DNA from: Octopus vulgaris
Lineage: Eukaryota
DNA: 64,000 nucleotides
NCBI GenBank assembly: GCA_951406725.2
Contig: OX597814.1
Location: 176,948,001 to 177,012,000 of the forward strand
Direction: 5' to 3'
How positions within the stretch are numbered: the stretch's first letter is position 1; each line of letters begins with the position of its first letter. The notes below the pieces were generated by a model. The model had not been told where the DNA came from, made no database searches, and was given only the letters and a program-made list of their open reading frames with translations. Positions 48,221-61,984 of this stretch are shown here, one piece after another. The translations under genes and the position numbers were made by a program.

Positions 48221-51200
48221 GAAATTTTAGTAACTATTGTGTTCCAATATACATATGTTAATTTCTTGAAGAGATGAGTAAGAAGGAAAGAAAGAGAGAT
48301 GGTTAGCCAAAGAAAGAGAAAGAAATTAAAGTGAAATTGGGGAAAGAAAAGCAGTTTGACTTTATCTTTCTGTACCTCACACTAACACTCCTGCTTTATT
48401 ACCACTCTGTTACAACTATCAGTCATTCAACATCTCTTTTCTGGAATTCTTTCTGTTTTACTCTTGGGGTTCTTCAGACCTAGGATTTTTACTTAATGCT
48501 TTGTTCATAGATGATTTTGAAGTTGCGTGCATTTTTTGGAAAAGATTTATTGAGAAATGGTGACATTTCGAGTAAACAAAAAAACTGATGCATTTATGTA
48601 TGTATGTATGTATGTGTGTGTGTGTGTGTGTTAAATCATGATGATGTGTGGGCGGGTGTGTATATCCCACCACAAGGTACATCAAGTAATTGAAAATAGA
48701 ATAAAATATAAAGGCAAACAAAGATATTAAGCAAAAAGAATTAATTAGACCCCAACTTTTTGGGTGAGGTGGGGTGAGGTGTAGGAAAGATTGTTTGAAA
48801 ATATCTCGTTTCTGTAGTGAAGCCCAGTTACTGTAGAACTGAAACCAGAAGTGCTAGAATCACATGTAAAGAAAGTAGGTGATGACAGGATGTTTACTAA
48901 CTGAAGTCAGGGAAGGAAGTGTAGTTCCTTAGTATCAAGTGATAGATTTTGCATTAGAAGAACATATAGACATTGTATGAAAGTTAAGAAAGTAAATAGT
49001 TACAGTACTGCTGCCATGCAACAAGGTCACCCTCAGCAGTTATATTATTCACTACTACCAACTTAACCTTTCCTAAAAGTAGTTGTTAATAATACAGTAA
49101 TGTTGTTGTTGTTCTTACCATTATCGTTAATTTCCTATAGTAATAGCATATAAAGTGTACATTAATATACCTGAGCTGAGGTATTGTAGCAGACCTATAA
49201 TATAGAAGTTATGTCATCCATCACATTGTGTTGGTGGGGAAAGTAGTATGAATCCAGTGGGGAATAGTCTATGTAGGTTGAAGTAATGTGAAAGATAATG
49301 GGGGGAAAAAATGGAGCAAAATTTAGATGATAATAATAATAATAATAAGTGCCCTGATGCAGTACCAGGCAGTGGTTCTCGTGGCTTCTGATCTTAACTG
49401 ATTGGAAGTGTTATGTACATTTCTGCCATAAGGGCAGCTTGGGGGAGGTGGGGATGAGTCGATTACATCAACCCCAGTGTTCAACTGGTACTTATTTTAT
49501 CGCACCCAAAAAGATGAAAGACTAAGTTGACCTCGGCAGAATTTGAACTCAGAATGTAGCGATGGGGGAAATACCATTAAGCATTTCATCCAGCGTGCTA
49601 ATGATTCTGCCAGCTCACTGCCTTAATAATAATAATAATAAAGTATGATAAGGCAATGAGTCTGCTGAATAGTTATCACACTGGGCAAAAATGCAGAGCT
49701 CAAATTCTGCTGAGGTTGACTTTGCCCTTCATCCTTTTGGGGTTGATAAAACAAGTAACAGTTGAACACTGTGGTCAATGTAATCGACTTTGCCGGTCTT
49801 GTGCCAAAATTTGAAATCAGTAATTATAAGTATGATACCAAGTGATGTGGTTACATGATTTTTGTCGTATGGTATATGTGCAATCATAGTTTATATCATG
49901 TAATGGTTTAGAGCTTGTTGGCATGGTCATAGTATGGAAATTCTTGTATTATCCTAGGGATGTATGGTAAGCTGGAGAGGATATCATGTATTACTAAGTC
50001 CACAGCATGTGATAGATTCAGATTACACCCTACATTTGTTTGAGTGTTTATATATTCTCAGAAAAATGTGTGGGAATTGCAGGAAGCAAAAATGGGGAGG
50101 TATTAAGGAAAAGAAAAAAAAATTGAACAATGTGAGTTGTATAAGAGCTTTAGTAGCAGTTAGATGTGTCGGACAGAGCAAGTAGCTTCTGAGTGACTGT
50201 TTGTGGTGGTGTTCTAACCTCTGAGATCCTGAGTAGGTATAAAGATTAAGCAGGTTTTATATCCTGTGCCTACCTGCAGATACATATTCTGCTTTTCAGT
50301 TGAAGAGTTACATCTTTGCAAAGTAGATATGGGTTGCCTCTTCTGTGCACACATTATAAGGTTTCCTGTCAATTGTGTAAAGGGCAGCTATTGCCAACAT
50401 GTTTCATTGCTCACACTATGTATTTGTATGTGTATGTGTGTGGAGGGCATAGGTATGCCTGTGGAGTTAAGCAGTTCACCTCACTACCATGTGGCTCAGG
50501 ATTCAATCCCACTGTGCTGCAACTTGGATAAGTGTCTTTTATACTTAGTGAATTGAATTTGGTAGATGGAAACCACACAGAAGTCTATCACACACACACA
50601 TTCCTTGATTGTATATTGGTGAAGGATGTGAATACTATTGGAAAACTGGTGTTCTTTGAGTGAAGTTCATTGAATTTACAGGTGTGTACTTACCATTTTC
50701 TTCATAAGAAATGTTGTAAAACTTGTAATTAGCCTATTGGAAACTTGCAATTCACACCAATTTTGTTCTTTATGTATGTGTGTGTGTTTATGTGTGTGTG
50801 TGCTGCTACTGTATGCCATTCCTGTCACCAACCTCTTTACAGAGTGTACTAGGTGCATTTTACCATGGTACTAGCATTTGAATTTGTCATGTTCATGACC
50901 AGATTCAACGGTTCTCTCAAATGCCACATCTCTATTTGTTCACCAACCTCCTTGCAGTGTCTCCTAGGTGGATTTGGTAGTGGCACCAACACTAGTGGGA
51001 ATCTGTTGTAGCCCATATGATTAGAGTACCCTTGCCACTCTATGAGGTATTCATTCACTCCGGGCCATATTGCAGAGCAGGTAAATAGAGATGAGCGTGC
51101 AATGTCAGAAGAATCAGGATGAGTGTGAGCAGAGAATAAGAGTGTGGTGGTTGAAACAGAGTGATTGCATTGAGAGGATGAGTGAAGGTTGAGAGCAAAA

Positions 51201-51329
51201 TGGAGATGAATGAATGATAAGTATATATGATGGATTTCAATAACCAGTGGCTTAGTGGAGCGGCTGTGATGACTGGAAGTGTAGATGATGTAATGGTCCA
51301 ATGTACAAGGTACATGCAGATTTAATATG

Positions 51330-51589
51330 ATGTGCCGGTGGTATGTAAAAAGCACCAGCCGTTCGTGGCCGTTGCCAGCCTCGCCTGGCACCTGTGCCGG
51401 TGGCATGTAAAAAGCACCCACTACACTCATGGTGTGGTTGGCGTTAGGAAGGGCATCCAGCTGTAGAAATACTGCCAGATCAGACTGGAGCCTGGTGCAG
51501 CCTCCTGGCTACCCAGACCCCGGTCGAACCGTCCAACCCATGCTAGCATGGAAGACGGACGTTAAACGATGATGATGATGATGATGATG
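51330..51589 (+). mobile_element. Solo RTE 3' UTR copy
   Basis: Family core and (GAT)n tail. Confidence 0.8.
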
Positions 51590-52226
51590 CATATACCTCA
51601 TAATGGGCATGAGAAGTAGGGTGATAAATCTCAGAGAGGTTGAATGTTGGACATGCCAGTGACTTATTCAACTCTAGAAGCATAGTACTGTGTATAGGAA
51701 GATCCACTGTTTGTTTCATTTCTTGTCTTCACAGATCTTCAGCATTCATGCCCCATATCTCACTACCGTGCAGTATTGCACTCCACAGACCAGCATCATC
51801 AATCTGCCCTTAATTTTGTGAGAGAAGGCCTTCATTGCTAAAAGTGACAATAACTCCTTGGACTTTTTTGAACCTGTTCTGAACAATTTGTTGTTCGTTA
51901 GATCACCTAAATTACAGAAGCTATGAACTATCCTAAAAATAAACATGCATTCAAACCTGCCTGCCTACCTACCTGTCTGTCTATCTGTCAGTCTGTCTCT
52001 CTCTCTCTACACACACAAAATATATGCACACATATATTTGTGTGTGTGTATCACACACACACATACAAACTTATAAACTTATATGCTCTGTTTCCATTTA
52101 TGAAATTCTGCTTGCAAAATATTGCTTAACCTGCATCTAAATTAGAAAACAGTTGCCCAAGGTATCGAAGTCAGAATCTTGTGAGTGAGAAGCAAACTTC
52201 TGAATTACCACAGTTATTCCTATACC

Positions 52227-52227
<1 letters not shown>

Positions 52228-52269
<42 letters not shown>

Positions 52270-52270
52270 C

Positions 52271-52321
<51 letters not shown>

Positions 52322-52390
52322 CGCCATACTAATACAATTGTTCGTTTGTTTTCCACCTGACTTCGTCTTTTGTTTATTTTCATAAAGCCT

Positions 52391-52449
<59 letters not shown>

Positions 52450-52630
52450 CATATATATACACATACATATATATACATATATATATATATACACATACAT
52501 ATATATACATATATATATATATACACATACATATATATATATATATTTATATATATATATATATATAATAATATGAGGGAATATTATTCCAAACTTACAT
52601 ACATACATATATATATATATATATGTATGT
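52228..52630. repeat. (TA)n/(CATA)n microsatellite containing a 76 bp family-D tail fragment (52318-52393)
   Basis: The insert tgagcgccatactaatac...cttcgtcttttgttt...ctccct matches ~35836-35912. Confidence 0.85.
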
Positions 52631-53894
52631 GTGTATGATGTCCATGTGTGCTTGTTTGTGTGTGCATGCATGTATGTGTATATATGTATGTGTGTGCATC
52701 AATATATGCACACACACTTACATATAAATGTGTGTGCACCTGCATTTGTATGTATGTATGTATGTATGAATTTTTGCATGCCAAGAAACTGTAGGTATGC
52801 AGCGAGGTCATGTTCCTGAGAACATATGGAGTGTTTGTAATTAATTATAGCTCATAAATTAGGCTGGTAGTAGGAGGAAGGTTTGTTGTCAAGTGGTACA
52901 TATCTTGCAGGATGAATATAGCTTGTGGATTTTGCTAACTACTTCAGTTTTTGCATCCATCAGAAGCGATGTTTACTTCAGCTACACTGGCATTCGCCAA
53001 TTATTCTATTAATTAGCTGGATTATTCATGCAATCTAAATAGGTTACCAATAACTGTATTATTCTAATTGTTTCGTAAATATTTGGGTGGTAGGGTAGGT
53101 CTGACTAATTGACTAGCAGCAGCAGCACCACCACCACCACCATCACCACCACCACCACCACCATCACCACCAGCACCACCACAACAACCACCACCACCAC
53201 CATCACATTACAATCTCTACATCTCTACCAACACCATCTCTCTTGTGTTCCTTTAGCAGAGTCTACCTTGTTGCAAGTTTCTGGACTGGTTGTCTGGTCT
53301 CAAGGAAACTTAATGTTGTGGTACTCTGCATCCCTTTTACTTCAGCAACCCATGAAGTGAGTTATGGTTTCTTTTATCACCTTCTCTTAGTTACAAAGAC
53401 CCTGCAGTGGCCATGGGGGTGCTACCATTACTGAACTCCATTTTCTTTTTGCATCTTTCATTATTTTCTCCAAGTCTCTTTCAGGCAATTTCTCCTCTCT
53501 CTTGTCCTAGCATCTAAACTGGCCATCTCCAGCCCAAATATTCTACCTGTGGTTAGGGCAGCGGACTCGTGGTCAGAGGATCATGGTTTCAATTCCCAGA
53601 CCGGGCATTGTGTGTGTTTATTGAGCGAAAACATCTAAAAAAGCTCCACGAGGCTCTGCAGGGGGTGGTGGTGACCCCTGTTGTACTCTTTCGCCACAAC
53701 TTTCTCTCACTCTCTCTTCCTGTTTCTTGAGTAAACATTATACATTATACATTCTTGAGTAAACATTATACATTATATTACATTATAAAACAGACACACA
53801 CACATGGTAATAAAAACTATACTACACTGTAAAACACACACACGCACACACACACACACACACATTGATGGGCTTGAAACACTTCACATGGTTT

Positions 53895-54309
53895 CATCAT
53901 CATCATCGTTTAACGTTCGCTTTCCATGCTAGCATGGGTTGGACGATTTGACTGACGACTGGTGAACCAGATGGCTGCACCAGCCTCCAATCTTGATCTG
54001 GCAGAGTTTCTACAACTGGATGCCCTTCCTAATGCCAACCACTCCGAGAGTGTAGTTGGTGCTTTTACGTGCCACCAGCACAAGATCCAATCAGGCTGTA
54101 CTGGCAACGGCCACGCTCAAATAGTGTTTTTTACATGCCACCTGCACGGGAGCCAGTCCAGCGGCACCGGCAATGACCTCGCTCGAATGTTTTTTCACGT
54201 GCCAGTAAGGTGATGCTGGTAATGATCACACTCGAATGGTGCTTTTTACATGCCACCGGCATAGAAATCAGTTAGCTGCTCTGGCAACAATCACGCTCGG
54301 ATGGTGCTC
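53895..54309 (-). mobile_element. Solo RTE 3' UTR copy
   Basis: (CAT)n tail, family core and tandem units. Confidence 0.8.
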
Positions 54310-54506
54310 CAAATTCCCTCATAAAGCATTGGTCACCCTAGGACTTTAGTAGAAGACACCTATCCAAGGTGCTGTACAGTGGGACTGAATCCAAAACCTC
54401 ATGGTTGCAAAGTAAGCTTCTTGACCACATAGTCATGTCAGTGCATAATTAAATAAGTTAATGCAAAGTGAGCTATTTCAACATATTCTATTATTGGCTA
54501 TGTTAA

Positions 54507-54694
54507 CCCTTTAGCTTTTAAACTGACTACGTTTTCTGTTCAAACTGGCCACATTCACACCTACCCTACCATATCATTCGAAAAATAAGCAATAACATCA
54601 TTGAAATCTTGAAGCTATGAGACAGTGTATGATTAATTCAAGACTGTGAATAAATAAGCATTACATTTGACAAAGTAATCTGAATGCAAAAGGG
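54507..54694. mobile_element. TTAA-type MITE copy
   Basis: ttaa-ccctttagc...gcaaaaggg-ttga; inverted relative of 37600-37820. Confidence 0.7.
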
Positions 54695-55498
54695 TTGAAC
54701 AAATATATGGTGGTTACAGCCATTTCGCTTCCTCAATATAATGTGAATAAAACTTAGCGATGCATGAACACCACAGATTCTTGTTTATCAGCTTATACAG
54801 TCTGGATTGATTAAGACAGTTGACACCAGTCACTTGTAGTGAAAACTACCAATTTCGTACTTAGTACCACTTGCATGTATTTTAACCCTTCAGCGTTTAA
54901 ACTGGCTATGTCTGGCCCAAATATTCTCCTTGTTTTATGTTCAAACTGGCCAGATCTAGCCTCTCACACCTACTCTGCAATTTCATTCTAAAAATATACA
55001 ATCACATCATCAAAATCTTGAAACTATGAGATAATGCATGATTTATTCAAAACAATGTGAATAAATAAGCATTACATTAAAATTAAAATTTTAAATTTTA
55101 AGTTAATGCATTCTCTAGCCGAAAAAAGCTACTGCAGTGAATTATTTTCTGCAGTGTCATATCTGTTAATTTGTGTGCCAAAACGAGGACTTTTGAAAAA
55201 TAACCACAAGTGTAATAGGTAAAACTATATACATGTCCGACCTTGTGCATAGTCCTGCAAATTATATTTGTATGGACGTTCATACTGAAGATCTATGGAC
55301 AAATTGTGTATGTAAAATTACGTAATCTGTTGATAGTGAAACATCGTTTATGATTAATCTATATTTTGTTACTTTTCATTTGTCTTTCTCGCTTATGTTC
55401 TGGTGCTTGCTAAATTTTCTTGAGACATTTCTTAGTGGTAAGACCATAGCGGATCTACTTCTAGCATAAGGGTTGTCCACATAGTAGTCATCCCTCTC

Positions 55499-55593
<95 letters not shown>

Positions 55594-55601
55594 TGGCAAC
55601 C

Positions 55602-55996
55602 CTTGTATCCTTGTGGTACCAGTGCCGGTGGCACATAAGAAAACCATCCGAACATGACTGTAGCCAGTACCGCATCGACTGGCCTCTGTGCTGAGGGCAC
55701 GTAACAAACACCATCCGAGCGTGGCCGTTCGCCAGCCTCGTCTGGCACCTGTGTCGGTGGCACATAAGAAAACACCATCCGAGCATGGCCGTCTGCCCGC
55801 CTCGTCTGGCACCTGTGTCGGTGGCACATAAAATCACCCACTACACTCTCGGAGTGGTTGGCGTTAGGAAGGGCATCCAGCTGTAGAAACGCTGCCAGAT
55901 CTGACTGGCTTGGTGCAGCCTTTGGGCTTGCCAGACCCCAGTTGAACCGTCCAACCCATGCTAGCATGGAAAGCGGACGTTGAACGATGATGATGA
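55602..55996 (+). mobile_element. RTE 3' UTR copy (same subfamily as 3890-4300)
   Basis: Near reverse complement of 3900-4295. Confidence 0.8.
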
Positions 55997-56319
55997 ATAT
56001 ATATCATGGACTCTCCTGTAGTTAGACAACGTACAATGGTTCAGCAATTTTTTGCTGAACAACCGTATAGATGATTTATTTATAGTGATCAAATGTTTGT
56101 GTACACATAAGCTTACTCCCTCCATCAAATCGATAATTACCTGTACAGGTGCACTGTGTAGCACATGTCAGATGACGAAATGATCGCAGAGCAACTTGAA
56201 ATGAAGTGATTTGCTTAAGAACGCAACACAGTGCCCAGTCTGGGAATCGAATTCACAATCCTCCATTCGTGAGTGCGACACCCTAACCACTAAGCCATGC
56301 ACCTTAACACTCATATATA

Positions 56320-56720
56320 TTCTTTTATTCGTTTACTTGTTTCAGTCATTTGACTACAGCCATGCTGGAGCACCACCTTGAAGGTTTCTTTTAGTCAAAG
56401 AAACCGACTTCAGGACTTAGTTTTTGTAAGCCTAGTACCTATTCTATCAGTCTCTTTTGCCGAACTGCTAAGTTACAGGGACATAAACATATCAGCATCA
56501 GTTTTCAAGTGGGGTGTCAAGCACACACACATACACACACAAATATATACATGTGTATATATATGACGAGCTTCTTTATGTTTCCATCTACTAAATCCAC
56601 TCACAAGGCTTTGGTCGGCATGAGGCTATAGTTGAAGACACCCTAGGTGTCACATGGTGGGACTGAACCTGGAACTATGTGGTTGGGAAGCAAACTTCGC
56701 TTCTTACCACACAGCCACAC
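56320..56720 (-). mobile_element. CORE-like tRNA SINE copy
   Basis: Reverse complement of the family. Confidence 0.75.
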
Positions 56721-56753
56721 ACACACATATATATAGGGAGAGGGAGAGAGATA

Positions 56754-56818
<65 letters not shown>

Positions 56819-58916
56819 GTAAAAAATAACTGCTTGAATTTCACAGTTTTAGTCTATCATTTTTCTCTGATTACGTGTTGGTTGGTTTGAGGCTATAATA
56901 AAAATACATTTGGTAAATGTCTTGAAGATTGAATTTGAACCCAGAACTACGTTTTCATGAAGTGAATTTCTTAAGCTGAAAATCACTAAAAATATTCAAT
57001 GCTTGACTTCAGTTGTGTGTGAAAATAATTGTTGTTTACTCATCTGGTTGAACTTTGGATTATAAGATTGTTTGCTTGTGTCTTGGTTATGTTTGCTTAC
57101 CTTACATTTTGCATCGGACATTCTGTGTGTATCTGTGTGTGCTCACATATGCATATGTGCAATACGGTCAATCCGTCTGTCGCTCTGTCAGACAAACATA
57201 TTGAAATATCAGAATGGTAAACATTTGAATTGGCAAGTGATTACAGAGTCACTAAACACTGGTCTTTCTGTGTCAATCCTACTTAATCTCTTCTGGTGTT
57301 TTTCATATTTTCTATTTGCACCAATTCTACATTTATCTATTTGAATGTGAGTTGACCTTTGTAAAATTTGCCATGGAGGGTTTTTTTATACTTATTGTTT
57401 AAAATCTCACCTTTTTTGTTGTTGCAGTTAATAGTGGTTAATTAATCTTGAAGTTAATTATTTAGTTACTCTCGGAGTGGTTGGCATTAGGAACGGCATC
57501 CAGCTGTATAAATTCTGCCAGATCAGATTGGAGTCTGGTGCAGCCATCTGGTTCGCTAGACCTCAGTCAAATCATCCAACTCATGCTAGCATGGAAGGCG
57601 GACATTAAACGACGACGATGATGATGATGATGATTTTTATATCAATTTTAAAGGAAATTTAAGTGTACAGCATCAGCTCATTGTGAAAGGCTGAGTCTAA
57701 ATGAGTTAAAAAAAACAGCTGGGTATCTGATGTTTGTTATTTTTTAGCTCTAGGTTAGCCCTGTTCCAGTCATGACCATCTTGTCTCTTTTTGTATCCTT
57801 CCCTTTTGAAAGACCTGACTGCTATACTGAGCAGATAAAGCAGTTTTGTTTGAAATACCTTTTTGTGGATTTAGATGGTGAACACAGGAGGTGTTTGCAT
57901 TGTTAAGGCCATGTAATGTCAGAGATGATGCTTCAAGGTTGAAAAACTGTTGTGAGTTGGCAGTGGAGAGTGCTGTAATGGAAGTAGATACAAGGAGGGT
58001 AAATCTAAGAACTTTAGATCTCACAGACAAGATGACTTAGAATTTAGATAAATGAAGTTGTCATTTATTTGTAGTTTACTCTTGATTCAAAAGATGTAAG
58101 ATCAAAGGCATTCCAACTGTGACCATCCCATCATTTTTGTTTTTCAGAGAGTGTATCAAGATTATGGAAAATAATGTGATCTGATTTTTAAGATAACAGG
58201 GTGCAATTTGAGAAAGCATTTGCTATTTCTGACTAGTTGATTCATTGCCTAAAGGTTCTCATATGGATTCGTAAAGCAACTGAAGTCAATTTGTATTATA
58301 AGACCCACCCATTTTACATGTTCCAACACAGGAAAAATAAAGATATTTAAATGGGAGTAATTAAAATGGATAAATAATTTGGAGATGATTTCAATATTTT
58401 GAAACTGAAATCAAAAGATGTTGGTATTGTATTTCTATAGTTTTTGGATTTTTTTCGAATGAGAAGCAAACATTTTTCATACATATTATATTTTAGTGAA
58501 TCATTAATTTCAACTTAATTAACTTTTTTTTGTTTTTATTTTTTTTATTTTTTATCAGCATCGACAAATAGATTTCTTGCTCAAAATGGGTCCTGCTATA
58601 ATTCCCTCCTGAAGTTCTTCAATGGTGGCACCTATGAGAAGAATCCTTCACGCTATGAAATGTAAATAAAGTGAAGAGCATCAAATGATTATTGATATTA
58701 TTATCTAAAGAGAGAGGAGAGAATGAAGGAAAGAGAGCAGAAATTAATCAAATGAAAATGAGATAAATTTACTCAAAGAAATTTTGTGCCAAAATTATGT
58801 GCATGTCAGTGTTTTCTTTAATGAAGCAAGACTGCTGCAAAAGGATCATTCAAACTAGATTTCAATTGTTTACATTTAAATCATTGAAGTTCATGAAGAT
58901 TCCACTTACAAAATAG

Positions 58917-58968
<52 letters not shown>

Positions 58969-58981
58969 ATATATATATATA

Positions 58982-59371
58982 TAAAATCAAAATAAGCAAC
59001 AAGGATATCCAGAGGTAATGTAGTACAGTCATTTCAAGCAACTCCATTTAATAAGCTGAAGTGAAGACAGCATGTTCTTTGTCTATCTCCTTACCTTCTT
59101 GGAGATTTTAGGGAAAATTATACTAATATGTCCATCTGTTTAATTTAATTAAATTCTATGTCTTTATGCAGCTGAGGATTGCTCTGCATTTAAATTGATG
59201 TAATGATTGCATTGTTCAATTAAATGGAGTTGCTTGAAACGATTGTACTGCATTACCTCTGGATATCTTTGTTGCTTATTTTGATTTTAATCACCTTATT
59301 TTGAAATTGTATGGATAATACTGTACTAAATTCTAGTGCCTCAACTTAAGAACCATATTCATCTGAATCTA
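58982..59371 (+). mobile_element. Fold-back Penelope-type element, hammerhead family A
   Basis: ~70 bp inverted arms (58982-59052 / 59219-59289) plus a tail homologous to 11495-11611; inserted after (TCTA)n(TA)n. Confidence 0.72.
59166..59253 (+). ncRNA. Type I hammerhead ribozyme motif with intact core nucleotides
   Basis: atgcag-CTGAGGA-[57 nt helix II domain]-GAAA-c-gatt-g-TA-ctgcat; perfect 6 bp helix I; predicted GUA cleavage after 59247. Confidence 0.7.
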
Positions 59372-59862
59372 TATATGCATGTATATTTTGGAGAAATTTT
59401 GAAACATGTCTTTTGAAACATGTCTTTGACCAAAATCATTTATTTTCATATAGATAAAAAAATATTTTCTGACTTATGGGATAGGGAACTTTATTCCAAT
59501 TCTACATTTGATGTTCCAACAACATAGCAGAAATTTGCTGAGTTTAACTGTTTCAATATTCTTGTTTTGTCTTTTTCATATTCTGGCTGGGAGAAGCTCT
59601 ATTAAAAAAAAAAAAAACACCTTCCAGACTCTTGTTTCTGCTGAAGTTTGGTCTGGTCTAGTGGGAATTAAGATGTATTATTACCAGGATTATGCCATAA
59701 TGAATCCAAAGAGCCAGTCTCTGGCAATATGAAGGTGCTTATGATAATCATAAAACCACACATTTTATAGATTTAGCTGGCTCGGTTAACTCTGGTGAGA
59801 TTTGAAGCAGAATGTAAAGTGTTTGTCCAGCACAATATCACTTCTGCCAAATCTTAATAATA

Positions 59863-59918
<56 letters not shown>

Positions 59919-60695
59919 CCTTTCTACTATAGGCACAAGGCCTGAAATTTTGGGGGAGGGGGCCAGTTGATTAGAATGACCCCCAGTATGTAGCTGTTAC
60001 TTAATTTATCAATTCTGAAAGATGATAGGCAGTCAACCTCGGCGGAATTTGAAGATTATTATTATTATTATTATTATTATCATCATCAATAATAATAATT
60101 AATGTCAAATATTCTGTTTTAGTTTCTTATATTTGTTACTATAAAATAAAAAATGTAAACAAGAAATAGTTTTGCATGGAATTGCTTCTGTGAATAAAGT
60201 ACTAAATTTGATAATATTTATTTTGTTATTTACGAGAATGTCTCTTCTTCAAATGACGGTTTCAAAAGAGAGAAGTGTTAAAATTGATATTTGATATCTT
60301 ACAAATAAATTCACTACGTAGGTGGTAGTCCATCAATAAATATAGCTCTTTCAACTATTCTCAATGAAAGTATTGACACTTTTTTTTTTGTATTACATTT
60401 TAAAAAATTCTGGCTTTATGGCATGGCTCTTATATCAGTCTTCAGTTGTTCTTGAATTAGACATCTATTATTTAAAGTTGCTACTCATCCCTCTCCTTAA
60501 TATATTCCATTCCTCTTATTGGCTTGGCATTGAATTTCCATAATTCAACTGTAATGATAAGCCGTTTTAATAATTATCTTTAATTTCTTTTTCATGCTCA
60601 CATATTTATCATTTTTATGTCATAAGAAACTGAAGTATATGCATTGTCTCTAAACTACAAACTTTTATTAATATTATCATTATTATTAATATTAA

Positions 60696-60726
<31 letters not shown>

Positions 60727-61060
60727 GATATTATTATTATTATTATTTTTTTTTTTAAATATTTTAGCATTTTTATTCCATTTCCATTTACTGAATGCCT
60801 AGTAACACACATGACACTTGGCCTTGAAGCAATTCATACTACACAGTCGTGTATGTCGTGTATCAGGTGAGCCTGATTAAATAGAAAGAAATATGGTATT
60901 ACAGATAGATGGCAGAATGACTAGATGTCACTCATCTATCTACCACTCCAGATGTACCACACTTGTGTTTAGTAGAGAACCATACTACTCACTTCAACAT
61001 GCAGTCATCAGTCGGGGGAGGTGTAGCAGTCTGGACATATTATACTCACTTCCACTATCC

Positions 61061-61456
61061 AGGAGTGGCTGTGTGGTAAGTAGCTTGCTTACCAACCACA
61101 TGGTCTCAGGTTCAGTCCCAGTGCGTGGCACCTTGGGCAAGTGTCTTATACTATAGCTGTGGGCCGACAAAAGCCTTGTGGGTGGATTTGGTAGACGGAA
61201 ACTGAAAGAAGCCTGTCGTATATATGTATATACATATATGTGTGTGTGTTTGCGTGTCTGTGTTTGTCCTCCACAACATCGCTTGACAATCAATGATGGT
61301 TTGTTTACGTCCCTGTAACTTAGTGGTTCGGCAAAAAGAGACCGATAGAATAAGTACTAGGCTTACAAAAGAATAAGTCCTGGGATCGATTTCCTTGACT
61401 AAAGGCGGCGCTCCAGCATGGCCACAGTCAAATGACTGAAACAAGTAAAAGAGTAG
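61061..61456 (+). mobile_element. CORE-like tRNA SINE copy
   Basis: Full family sequence. Confidence 0.85.
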
Positions 61457-61922
61457 AGTGGTGATGATGATGAAATGAAGGGCACTATTTTTGTTGTTTG
61501 TAGTTTTTATAATTTGTTGTCACTGTACAAGGCTTCTTGAAGCGTGCTTGTTTTAGAGCCAGGTTTTCAGTCGGTCACTGATGTATGAGTGAAGAAGTTG
61601 TGCTCCTGAGTCTGGACAGTGATGAGAAGATGTGACCAATGTCATCTGCACATGAGATTGTATATGAGTTTTGACGAGATGTGGGAAATTTGTATAGGTG
61701 TAGGTGTGAGGAAGGATCTCTGTGGTACGCCATTCAGATAAATTGCAAATTCTGGATATGTTGGCTTTTTTTGTGTGACTGCATAGGCTCAGATTGTCTT
61801 TTACAAGATAGTTGTATTGTTGGCTCATAATTTTCAATATAGGAAAGTCAAAACAGGTAATATACTAGGGTAAAATTTGTAGCATTTTGCCTAACTTAGA
61901 AATCATCATCATTACTACCACC

Positions 61923-61953
<31 letters not shown>

Positions 61954-61984
61954 CCATTATTATCACTGTCATCATCATCATCAT

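Noticed and set aside
61553-61837. Possible additional Penelope RT fragment (PHLVKTH...HCPDS)
   Set aside because: Similarity is too weak to call without a profile search.
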